Positions 12,901 through 25,030 of a stretch of DNA of 64,000 bases are shown piece by piece; the stretch's first letter is position 1; the number at the start of each line of letters is the position of its first letter. This DNA comes from Ylistrum balloti (taxonomy: Eukaryota): contig NW_026782299.1 in NCBI RefSeq assembly GCF_031769215.1, positions 1,736,001 to 1,800,000 on the forward strand, read 5' to 3'. The translations under genes were made by a program, and so were the position numbers. Below the pieces are notes generated by a model, which did not search any database, had not been told where the DNA came from, and saw only the letters and a list, made by a program, of their open reading frames with translations.

Positions 12901-15900
12901 AAATTTCATTTACAATAGTCTAGAGTGTCATTGATGATTGAAATTCCTTAATTGAAGTTATAAAGCTGTAATTGCCATCCTGACACCAAAATTAATTATC
13001 TTTCAGCTCTGAACCAAGCCAATATTGATTTTTTTGTAAAAACTGGAAAGAGCTAATATCAGGAGGATGACTGTGTCTTTCCTCCTCAAACAACACAAAA
13101 TGTCCTGTGTAAATACAGTTTAAAGAAAAATTAATTAGCTCAAATATTTTACATACAAGTCAATCCTAGTCCACAATAATTACACTGCTCAGATATCTAA
13201 ATTCTTTAATCCCAGATCTAATGTAACAAAATATAATGCACAAATATCAATAACACACTCAAACATCAATAACTGCACACATACACGCCCACACGTAATC
13301 GTGTACATACAAACACATGCAATAATGTACAGTAATAATTTATTGGCTATACCATTATACAACAATGAATATAAATTACTTCCTAGTACAGTCCAGCATC
13401 AACGACCCAATGGTGAGAAGTATCAGGATGTTCTGCAACATGATTCAATCATATACCTTAACATATACCTGGTACTTGACTATGGATTGTGAAAACTATG
13501 CTGAAAACATACTTAATTTGGTCCAACAAAAACTGAAATTTTGGACAAATTAACACCACAATGAATTCATGTATTTGCAATTATTTCTAAATTGACAACA
13601 TACAGGAAGTGCAATCTCTGTAGTGTAAAATGTGCTGAAATCAGATAACCATTAAAACAGGTGTTTACAGTGTAATGGACATGACAGGAAAATTCCTGAA
13701 AGTGGCTATGTTTTTGTCTGTGGTATAGTAAATTAAAGCATGGTCACTTCACACCCTGAATGGGCTTTATCACAGAAAATATTCAAAATCACTGTACAGA
13801 TTCTAGTATTTATCTGTAAATAGGCTCATGACTGGTTATAAGGTCATCCATATCTATTTGAATTAAACAAAAACACCAAAAGATGCTATTTAACTGTCCT
13901 ATAGTAAACACCCCCCCCCCCCTTCTCTCTCTCGCCTTGAGAAAAGATAATGTTTATACCCCATGAGCTTTAATTGCAGTATAAAATTTGGTTACCTTTT
14001 ACATTTATCATGTTTATATTTATTACCTACTAAGGTCTAAATATTGATATATCTACCAAAAATTGTGGCTATGTATTTAGCTTAAATCCCCTTACTGTCA
14101 AATATTCCCTATAACCATACATGTGAATTTATTTGACCTTTAATATTTACCATTCTCAAGCCCTTACATATCTATAAACATTATCTACCATTACCAACAC
14201 TGGGTGTGGACACTAGAACACTCTACAATAAGTAGGGGCATGCTAAGCTTATTAGGCTATAAATACTGTGGTAATTACATCTGACAAATAAATAACTTCA
14301 CAAATCAATGTTATCATCTGATCTGGGTTAGGCTGACATCCACAAAACTAACCTGTGATTTTCAAGACATGTGATGCACGGAAATTATCTGACCAAATAC
14401 AAGTGTCTTAAAGTTATAATTTAAAGTTCAACTTTATTTCATTTATCCTTTTTACTGGCTTGGATGGAAGTTCATGGTGGAGAAAGCCTGAAAACACTTA
14501 GAACTATGTGGTTTGGAATTTGACCCAATAATCTTACTAGTCAAATTGAGGTGGCCAAATTTTGATGAAAAGCAAGTGTGTTATCCAACACACCATATTA
14601 AATCTTAAGCCAGGTAAAAGCTTCTAATTTAGCTATGAAGAAAACAAAATCATACATAAGATAAAATACAGGAAAATGATCAATTTTCAAGGAGGATTTA
14701 TTGTTGCTTTTGTCGGTACTCTCAATCAATGAATTCATATGTCCTTAAAATTTTAAAAGTAGCTTTGTTAAGCAATATTTATCCACGAACATAAGGGTAC
14801 ATAAGATAGTGATTTATTGAAAAGAGAAACCATCACAAAAACTGAACCACACAAAAATATATGATTCTAAACTAATTCTTCTGTATTATTCCACACCTCA
14901 GATCATCAGTAGTTTACTTTATCAAAGCCAAGACAAGTCATTCTCACATCCTTAATATCAGTAGAATTAATACCTTATACTTTGTTCACTTGCGAAAAAA
15001 AACAATTTCTACAACAAAAGCACCATGTGTATGTTATCAAATCTGCGTGATCTACAATTAACAACTGTTATAATAAGGCCCCAAATTACACGACATAAAT
15101 ACATTCTGGTCTGATGTCCTGTATTGCACCGGTCAGTGTCTCATTTTCTCCTGTGTGTTTTTGTGAACTTTTGGCTTTAACTGCACAAGAAAAAATGCAC
15201 TACATAATTCTTGCATAAAATACTGTGAACCATGCCTTACAAATTACATACATATCAGAGACATAGTAAACCTTGCCTTACAAACTATGTACATATCAGA
15301 CATTGAAAAACTTGCCTCACACACTAATCATTAGACATGCTAATGACCTTAATGGTTGTGATGCTTAAATTTATGCAGATCCTTTCTTTTTGTCAATAAA
15401 CAAACAAGCTCTCTATATCCGGTACAGTGATCAGTTTACATACTTGCATACACAAGTTTCATGCCAAGTAGACATTGCAGATGGGGAGAACGTCTGAGAC
15501 AGCTGTGTTCAGCCAGCAGGTCACACTAAAAATATTTCTGTTCCACATTATTGTAAATCACTTATTCCTGTGATATTTTTTGACTTATAATTCCTGCAAA
15601 GAAAAAAATATCACTTCCAAGAAATCTCCTGAGTTTCCAAGACATAAGTTGAGGTGATATCAAAACTTGTTTCATGAATTTTATTTCCTTTTACGTAAGA
15701 CACAGCTAAGGAACAATCCAAAAGTCATGTTCTAATGACACTGATTATTGTTTTGAAAACTTTCACAGTACAGGATCCTTACACAACCTTCCTCCTGAAA
15801 TATTGTAACAACCTTTTTTGTGAATTTGCAAGATCACAAAAGAAATTGAATTTCTGTCATGATATCAGTCAAGTATCAAGACTAGCATTCAGTTGTAAAA

Positions 15901-15980
15901 ACTCACATTTACGAAATATAAAGAAAGGTATTTCTTGATCATATCAGATTGAAATAATCCCATCACTTTACTGTGCAATA

Positions 15981-16235
15981 CTATAGGTCAGTTTCCATAG
16001 GTTTTTCCTCCTGCAATTGATTGTCTGTTTCATCTGTATGTACAAGCTCCTCCCCATTTATTTTTGGCTCTTCCATCAGTTTATCACCGACCCCATTCTG
16101 TACAGGTTTTTCTTCTTGTGGACATTTGGTTTCTTCACCATTTACGATATCATCTTTTACCATTCCTGCTTCAACAGTTTTTTCGTTATTTTTGCCCTCC
16201 CCATTTGTCAACTCTTCTGGTTTTTCAGTCTTGGT
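15981..16235 (-). CDS. Multi-C2H2 zinc-finger gene, last coding exon (TKTEKPEELTNGEGK...PMETDL*)
   Basis: Acceptor TATAATTTCAG|ACC, phase 0, 85 codons to TAG; acidic low-complexity tail in frame with the upstream exons. Confidence 0.75.
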   Translation of the reverse strand, partial: TKTEKPEELTNGEGKNNEKTVEAGMVKDDIVNGEETKCPQEEKPVQNGVGDKLMEEPKINGEELVHTDETDNQLQEEKPMETDL

Positions 16236-17538
16236 CTGAAATTATACCAGAAATCACAGTCAAATTTTTTTTCACATACTCAAGGGAAACTTGAAAATAA
16301 TATCAGCGTCACAATACAAAAAAAAATGACTTCCTACGTCACAGAAATATAAAAAAAGGTATAAAACCATCAAATAAGAATAAATTCTACAACTACTCAG
16401 ATATTTATTATATAAAAACTTTTGTTGATATTGTGACTATAAACCAAAAAAAAAATAAAAATAGAATTCAACAAAAATAAAATCAAGATGAAATTCCTTA
16501 ATGTTATATATATAATGATTGTGGTTTCCATCTCGAAAAAGGTGCCTTAAGTTTTAAAAAAATCTCTTTTATAATGTAGCGTGCAACAAGAGGAAAAAAA
16601 CCACAATAAACACAAGATTAATACCATTTTATCGTGTAATAAGGAGTTTCTGACTCAAGTAATTGGGTAGGCATGTTACTGGACAATGAAACAGTATATG
16701 CATCTGTTAATAACACAGCAATATGGGATGGGCTTATTACCAGCCATTGGCTTATTGTCATGTATGTATGACATATCCATATAATTCCTATTCACTCTTT
16801 CGTAGGTATACACTGAATACTTATGATGAAACACATTGCATGGCCTATTAAGGGAAATATAGGATGATAATAGAGAAATCAATCTCTGAATCACAAATGA
16901 ATTCTCACTGGTTATGATTAAAAACTTAGGTGTGATAACCATTTTTATTCTGGAGGAGTTTCCCTATTTCTAACTATTACCACAGAATGGGATGAAAGGG
17001 AAGCTATATATGGAATCTGATGTAGAACTATCTTTGACTCTGGAAAAGTGATAGCACATATTAAGCTCTGTTACATTCAAATCCAAGAAGACCAAGTTCA
17101 GTCATTTTGGTCAGTGTCATTTAAATGACAATAGGCTAAAAAAGCTGTCAGGAATTCTCCATTTTTTTAATAAATGCGAAAATGTTAGCCAAGGTTTTTG
17201 CCCCCCACATAAAACTTTTCATTTTCATGCAGTACCAGCTTATCAAAGAATTTAAAAAAAAAAACTAGATTTTAGCTTAAACAAACTTGAGATCATATAA
17301 CATTTTTGTCCTGACAATAAAGGAAGAACAGTGCAAAAAATAAACTAAGGTTGCTTGTTTCTCTGTATACAGTAACACCATTCCTGGGCCTTTATACCAG
17401 TAACTCAAAACAAAATGGTGGCAACAGCCTGATAGTTTCTGGATAGAAAATACGCAGAAATATGTCATAGTAATAGATGCTTATAACAAATTTTTTGATT
17501 ATCCAAAGATTTTACAATGGAAACATATTTATACTCAC

Positions 17539-17559
17539 ATAACATTCCACAAGGTAGTC
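17539..17559 (-). CDS. Multi-C2H2 zinc-finger gene, putative 21-nt microexon (DYLVECY)
   Basis: TTTTGTGTATTTCAG|GACTACCTTGTGGAATGTTAT|GTGAGT; canonical sites, phase 0-0, frame preserving. Confidence 0.6.
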
Positions 17560-18055
17560 CTGAAATACACAAAATAAGGTCATTATTGTTTTTAAAAAGA
17601 TTCAGCTCAATATCAAAGATATAAATATAGGCTCTTATCCGCACAATCCGCTCAAAGTTTCTAAATCTACTGCCAATTACATAAATATCATCATTTATCA
17701 GTGTCTAATATCCATTTTAGATTATATTTTTTCAGTTGTGAAAATATAACATGGTTAAAATTTCAGTTTCAACTGCCAGGCTGGGTGAAATTTTTACATT
17801 GTAACCCTTATGATTGTCAAAATTCATATACAAGTTTTATTTAAATAAATACACTGTCACAATCACAAGCCTAATGCTCTTTGCTCTAGGTTTGTTGACA
17901 TTTTGATTGATTTACTAAATCTGTAGTTACCAGTATTACTTTTACAAAATATGACCTGGTGGGAATTTTGTTTGCTTTACATTTTTCAAAATTACAAACT
18001 ATGTTGAATTCTCCCTCTTGGTTGCTTTGTTCAAAAAGTGTAGTGAATAGCATAC

Positions 18056-21000
18056 CTTGAAGTTATTGCCAATCAGGTGCTGCATCTCATGCATAACAAG
18101 CTGTCCCGAGGCAGTAAATTCCCGATCACAGTACTGGCATATGTAACTGTCGACTTTACAAGGCTCCTCCAGTTTAACGTTGACCTCAGTGACCTCTGGT
18201 GAGTCAGTCAGCATAGCAGACTCTGTCTGACCATCTCCATTAGAAGATGTCCCATTCTCAACAGGACAGCTGGCTGCTTTTGATGTTTGGTTTAACTCAG
18301 GGGTTTCAACTTCTGAGGCAGTGTTGATTGCTTTTGAATCATCATCAACAGATGGGAGAGATACCTCAGTCTGGGAAACTTCAGAGCCATTGTCAGTAGA
18401 AGGCTTTTCTGTTGCAACATTCTCAACTTCTGTGGGTGACTTGACTGCCACTGGTTCTGTTGTTGACAAATGACAGTCCGAACTACTAGATGGGATGTCA
18501 GTCAGACTACACTCTGCAGTACTAGGGATCTGCTCTCCTGATTCATTCTTGGAGTGATCATTTTCCATATTTTTCCTACAGGCCTCTTTTTTTATCTCCC
18601 CTTGAAGTAACTGTGCCACATACAGAGCTTCTGTGATATCAGGTTCCTTTGACTGTTTCATTCGATCCATCTGTCCATTTTGAGCTAGCCAGTTGGAGAG
18701 CTCGGGTAGAGGAGAGAAGTGGACTTTGATGTGTTGAGTCAGTAGGTGTTGTTTGGATGCCGTGTAATCACAGTAGGGACATGCCAGGTCACTGCGAATC
18801 ATGTGGAATTTAAGGTGAGACAGCAAGTGGTCACGTCGAACATTAGCATAGGGACAGCGATCACAGCGATAGAGCTTTTTAGGTTCAGATTCGGAATCAG
18901 CTGAATTTTCAAACAGCTCCAGATGATCATGAGTGACATTGACAGTGAATGATTCTTTCGTGTCTAGAGGTGGCAGAGCACTGGCCAAAGCAACGTCTGC
19001 AGGGACCTCAGGTAGCTGTAGAAGATTTGATAAAGACTGGGCAACCATAAGATTCTGGTTGGGAGTTCTATGTAGCTTCTCATGCTGGGCTAACAGGTTC
19101 TGTGAAGGCACACTGTAGTCACAGTATCTACATCCACATCGCTGCTTACTGCCATGAAGTTCCACATGGTGCTCATAATGCGATCGTTTTGCACTGGCAT
19201 AGGGACATTTTTCACAGCTATATTTCTTGAACCTGGCTATCTCATAAAGTGTGTCCACTTTGCTCTCATATGGGATGTCAACGATATCTGACTTGTCATC
19301 TACATCCTCTTCTGCACCACCTCCTTCAATGGCTTCAAGGTCAGAGATTGTAGTGTCAGAGATATCCATCATGTATCCAGGCTGGTGCACCTTGAGATGA
19401 TGGGAAATTAAGCCCTTGGAACCTACATAATAGTCACAATGGGGACATTTCAACAGAGGGTTCCTTGATATCCGGACATTGTGCATCATTTCATGCAATT
19501 TGAGGTTCCTCAGACGAACAGTCATGTAGGGACATTTCTTACACTTCTGAAGTTTCTTGTAGACACCATTTCTGAACACATAACCAGGCTTGTTACCAAC
19601 TGAGCAGGCAATCTTCATGGGAGACATCAGGGGTTTCTGGGATATACTCGGCATTATCTTAGAGGCGATGACTTTCTGTTTGTAGTTGGCAAGCTGTACC
19701 ATATCATAGATACTACTGGACTCTGAAAAGTCCGATTTGCAGGGTGAGGATTGTGCTGAGCTGTTAGTGCTCTTTGCTGCAGGCGATTGGTGATTGATCT
19801 CATGTACTTTCATGTGCTGCTTAAGCAAACGTCGGTGTGTTACCCAGTAGTCACACAAATGACACTTGAACTCTGCATTCTCCTTTGGCTTGTGGAACTG
19901 CTTGTGGTAGAGGTAATCATTCTTACTATTACTGGTGTAAGGACACTTCTCACAGCGGTGACGCTTCGGAGTGGTAGGAATACTAGGCGCAACAGTCTTA
20001 ACGGGTGTTGTGGGAGTTGGGAAAACCACCTCTTTGGTAGTACTTGTAGTAGTTTCTTTATAAACATTTCCCTCATGAAGTTTGATATGCTGACGGAGAA
20101 GTCTCTGAGCCACAACAAAGTATGGACAATAAGGACACTTGACCTGTTGGGCACCTGGCTGGGCCTTGTGACAGCTCATGTGGAACTGCAGTAGGTTGGA
20201 CTTGTCAGTACGGTAGGGACATACATCACACTTGAATCGCCGCTCTGTGACACGAACCTCACCTTTGGATCTTTTTTCATCCTTGAAATACTTTCGTACT
20301 CTAAGCACTTTTCCTTTGCTTCCTCCACCTTTGTGTTTCTCGCGCAGATGCCTTGTGACACAAGATCTCCAGCTGGACTGAAATCCACACAATTTGCACT
20401 TGAACATATCATAATGATCATCTGGCTCTGCGTCCTTCCAGTCAAAGTCCTCCCTTTCTCTGTTGTCAATTGGCTCCATCATCTGCCCATCCTTGCCTTG
20501 CTTGACACATTTGATAGCAGACCTACAGAGGGACAAATTTTCACTATGATGCCTGACCCGAATATGTCTACAGGCAGAGCTTCGATAGTTGGTGGCATAG
20601 TTACAGATAGAACATTTGTAGGCCTTCACATTGTGCATACTAAGATGGTTGATCACAACAGTTCTGTCAAGATTTTTGAATGAACATTTTCCACACTTCC
20701 ATATATTTGATAGACCACTGTTGTTTTTCGACTGAGAATTTTCATCAGCCTCTCTTTTTTTCCTTGGATTGTAGTTATATTCCATCAATGACACTTTTGC
20801 CTCCTCTGTATCCATGACAACCAGTCTGGAGCGCCCGCCATGTTTACGTTTCGTGTGGCGTACAATGTCACTTCGCCAGTTAGATCTGTAAGGACATCCA
20901 GAGCATTTGAATTGCTTGTAGACTCCCTTGCTAGGTACATTTTGTGGACTTGTTGTCTTGGTTGCCTTCTCAGCTTCCTGCATTACTGCCTTTTTGTATG

Positions 21001-24000
21001 CACTGGAGACATGAGTGGTCTGGCTGAACTGTGCCATATACTCATCATGGGTAGCACGAGCATCTGCCTCTGTCAGTGCGATCATATGGGCTGTCGTACT
21101 GCCAGGATGTTTCATTCTAATGTGTTTATTTAGGTCCCATTTCCAGTTGGACCGGCGTCCACAGTCAGAGCACTGGAATGGCTTACAGTAGCCAAATACT
21201 TTCGGATCAGCTGAAGCAATAGGCAGTCCTCCAGGATAATTACTATAAGGCCGTCTGCCAGGTGAAGGCCCCTTTGCTGGAGATGAGACAGGAGTTGTTG
21301 GACTGTTTGGTACCGTGGTATTAAATCTGTCATGTGGTGCATTTGGATTTTCTTGGTAAAACACCCTTACCTCCAATCCTGGATGGATATAGTTATAGTG
21401 CTTCTTAATATCTGCCTTTGTAGCACTACGTTTTCCACAATCCCCACACATAAATGGTTTAATAAGACTAGCTGCCGAGACCCGGTTCTGTGCAAACTCA
21501 GGGGTCTGTTTCTCTGGAGTGGCTTCTACATCATTCATTACGCCCTTGCTGGGGGTCTTTTCAATCTCGCGCATGCTTGAGGTGGATGAGGATGATGACA
21601 ACTTCCTTTTGTTGTTGCGTGGTATGGGAGGTTCTTCTGGAAGCATCTTAGTCCCACTATCGTCAGTGTACCAAATTTTGATAGGCTGGTTAGGATGCCT
21701 ATAATGGTAGTGTTTTCTAATGTCGGCTTTAATATTTCCAGTTTTTCCACATTCCACACATTTGTAAGGCTTGTCTTTATCTCCTGGTTCTGATACATAA
21801 AATGGTGGAAGATTGCTTGTGGAAGTATCAGAAGCCACTACTGGAGTGGACATCTTAGGCTCCGTAGGTAAGCTCATACGTGGGATTTTTATCTGGATTT
21901 CTTCATCTACATCTTCTTCGACCAAGCAGATGATGTCTACATTCAAACCACTGTGTGAGTTACGAATGTGTCTACTCACAGCGACACGAGTACTAGAGTT
22001 GTAATCACAGGCACTACAGACAAAACTGTTGCCAGGTTTGCCTGCCTCTCCATCCTCCTCATTGGTAGCAGGAACATTGAGGTGGTGATCTCGACGCACC
22101 ACTGGCATGGTGTCCAAATACGTCTGGATGGTGGCTTCAGCCTCCTGCCGGCTGAGTTTTACCACGTCAAGGACAGTGTCTGGATGATCCTTTCTAATGT
22201 GTTTCCTGATGTCCCACTTCCAGTTGGCACGTCGTCCACATACAGGACACATGTATTGCTTCAGGTTTGTATGGGTTGATACATGTGCTTTTAGCTTGGA
22301 TTTCGCATTGGTAATAAAGTCACAGTAATTGCAGCGATATAGACCTGACGGCGATGCTTTCAATGGTGAGGACTCTGAATCACTGTCATCATCATCATCT
22401 TCATCAAATACCTGGTCTGTGTCACGACTAGAATTGCTTTCAATCTCCATTTTCTCACCATCCAATGGTTCAGTAACATCCTTGTCCTTTCCTGGTAGCT
22501 TGTCTGTCAGGATGGTGATAACATCATCCAATACTACATCATCCACCATGACAGCCGGGTGATGTTTGTACATGTGTCTGCGAATGTCGCCCTTCCAGTG
22601 TGTCTGGTATACACAATGTTTGCAACAGAAGGGTTTGTCACCCTTATGGAGTTTGGAGTGTCTATCAACCTCTGACTTCCATGGAGATGTGAACGAACAA
22701 GATGGACATTTAAATATAGCAGGTGAGGACTTGCGGTTAGGAATAGTAGGAACCTTAACATGTTTGACTGAGCCAGGCTCTTTTTTGTGATCCCGTCTGA
22801 GGTGGACATTAAGGTCACCAACATACTTGTATTGTTTATTACAGTGTGGACACTTATATCGTTTCTCTACAGTGTGAACGACCATGTGACGTTGCAGATC
22901 ACTGGGCCACTTTGCGATATAGGTACAGTAGCAGCATTTGAGACTGTCCTTGTCCGTAATATCATCTACATCTTTGGAGGACACAGAAAGGTCCAATGGT
23001 CCATCCCCAGCCTCCTCTTGCTGCTGCTCAACCTCTGCTTCTGCTAGATTTGGCGCTGAAGTATTTGCATATAGGTCAATATCACGTAGATACTGTTTCA
23101 CAGTCATCTTATGCTTTAATTTCATGTGGCGATTCAGGTCAGAAGAACGTTTGTACTTGAGCCCACAAAGGGGACAGAAGAAGCTTCCCTCTACTGTCTG
23201 AAGGCTAGGAATTCCCTCACTTAAAATTTCACTGTCAGATATATTCAAAGATGTACCTTTCTGTTTGCCAAGAACTGGTGAGGCTACTGTAAGCTTCACA
23301 CCATCGGGAGGAGCTTCATCAATAGTACATTCAACAGAAGTGTCAGCATCAGGGAAAATCAGGGACACATTTTCAGCACTGTTAGTGTGATTGTTGGCCA
23401 TATGACGCTTGACAGTACCCTCATGGTCACATGAGTAGGTACAGAATTTACACTTGATGCTGTAATTGTTGGTGTGGTTGAGTCTGTGACGGTCTAAATT
23501 TGGTTTGAAGTCAGAAGTATAGTCGCACTCCATACACTTGTATGCAGTTTTACCGCTGTGTTTGGACTTGTGGGAATAATAGTCTTTCTTCTTAACCGTA
23601 GTAAAGCTGCAGATGTTACATTTGTAGGTCCTTGCATTGATGTGTATACACTGTACATGTTTAGACACACGATACTTGTCAGCATTGTTGAACAGACAGT
23701 ATTTGCACTTGAAGAGTTTCTTGCCTCCTGATGTCAGCTCCACTATGTGGTTTTCATAGCCAACAGGTAAGATGTCTTTACCGCGGGCTGCTTGTCGACC
23801 GGCAGTAGTTGTCAGGGCAATTTTCACTTTCAGTGGAGCAATGTTTTTAACAGGGCTTTCTGCTGGTGTTTTTGGAGATTTGCTCTTGTAATTGGCAGCT
23901 GCAATTTCAGTTTGGTATTCAATTTTGACATCATCAATATCAATATTGTAGCGGTGAACTAACTTAAGGTGGCGCTGTACTTTGTGGCGGTGCTTGCAGG

Positions 24001-24478
24001 CATACTCACAGAAGTTACAGGAGAAGATACTGAGGTTTTTATGATGGGTGTTAATAAGGTGATACAGGAAAGTCTTTGACTTGTTGGTCCAGTAAGTGCA
24101 CTCTGTACAACGGTATGTTCTACAATATACATTTCCTTTTCGATAGGTTTCAGTTGGTGGTGAACTGATAGAAGCTGGTTCTTCTTCAGTCTGATTATTG
24201 CAGTCACTCGATTCCAAAGGCAATTCAACGCCCTCATCTGCTGGAGAACTGGGCTCTTCTAGTTCAAGTTTTGGTAATCTGGATGTTGAGGCTGATGCAA
24301 ACAATGAGGCACCTGAAAATTTTAATTTCACCTTGTCTTGTTTAGGGGCATGGGCCTCTGTGTACCTCTCACGTTTACATCGGATCTTGTGGCGCTTGAA
24401 GATATAGGCATTCTTGGTAGAAAACATACAGCACAGGTCACATTTTAACAGGGTCAGCATGGAGTTTTTCTTCCCCAT
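18056..24478 (-). CDS. Large multi-C2H2 zinc-finger protein (about 33 fingers, REST/ZNF462/hunchback-like finger style), main exon
   Basis: Acceptor TTTTGTATTTTTCAG|GCTCCAACATG at 24486, so ATG is 24478 (the first 36 codons of the track ORF are intronic). Donor AAG|GTATGC after ...GNNFK at 18056. Repeated C-x2-C-x12-H-x3/4-H motifs; no KRAB, BTB or SCAN domain seen. Confidence 0.92.
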
Positions 24479-24599
24479 GTTGGAGCCTGAAAAATACAAA
24501 AGAAATAAAGAGGGAATAAAAACAGATGTTCGACTGAACAATTTTACAGCAATAGAAAAATGAACATTCCAAATTTTCGAAAACATTTTAAAAATAACA

Positions 24600-25030
24600 G
24601 AATGATGACAACCTAACAGATCACAGAGGGAGCTTGGTGCCCAATGAACATTGTTGAGTTTTTATTTGGTTCAAAACTTTTGCTTCCTTTTGTCTTCTTT
24701 TCTTTGTTTAAGCTCAAATATCACATTTGAAAATTCCTCTTAATAATCTACAACTGACAAATCCAAGATGGTCCCCTGTCAGCTCTTTGTTTTTCTGATC
24801 AGTTTCAAAATCATAAACATTCATCTAGAGACAGAGACAAACCTATGAATGCAGTTTGAGAAAGATTATTCCAATGTTACTAATGAAATAGCAATTTAGA
24901 ACAAGCTTACATTGTCAAAAACCAAGATGGCCAAAGGTTTACTTTGATCAGTCCCAAAATCAAAACAGCACAACTAAGGTGAGCTACATATAAAACTGAG
25001 AAAAAACCATCCAGTACTTCTCAAATAATA
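24600..25030 (+). mobile_element. Degenerate HINE-like repeat fragment
   Basis: CAAGATGG motifs, AAAATCA...AACA repeats and GGTGAGCTACAT...AAAAACCATCCAGTACTTC resemble the other HINE copies in the window. Confidence 0.45.

Noticed and set aside
17999-24586. Track ORF ends taken as the true protein ends
   Set aside because: The first 36 and last about 18 codons lie beyond clear splice sites (acceptor 24486, donor 18056).
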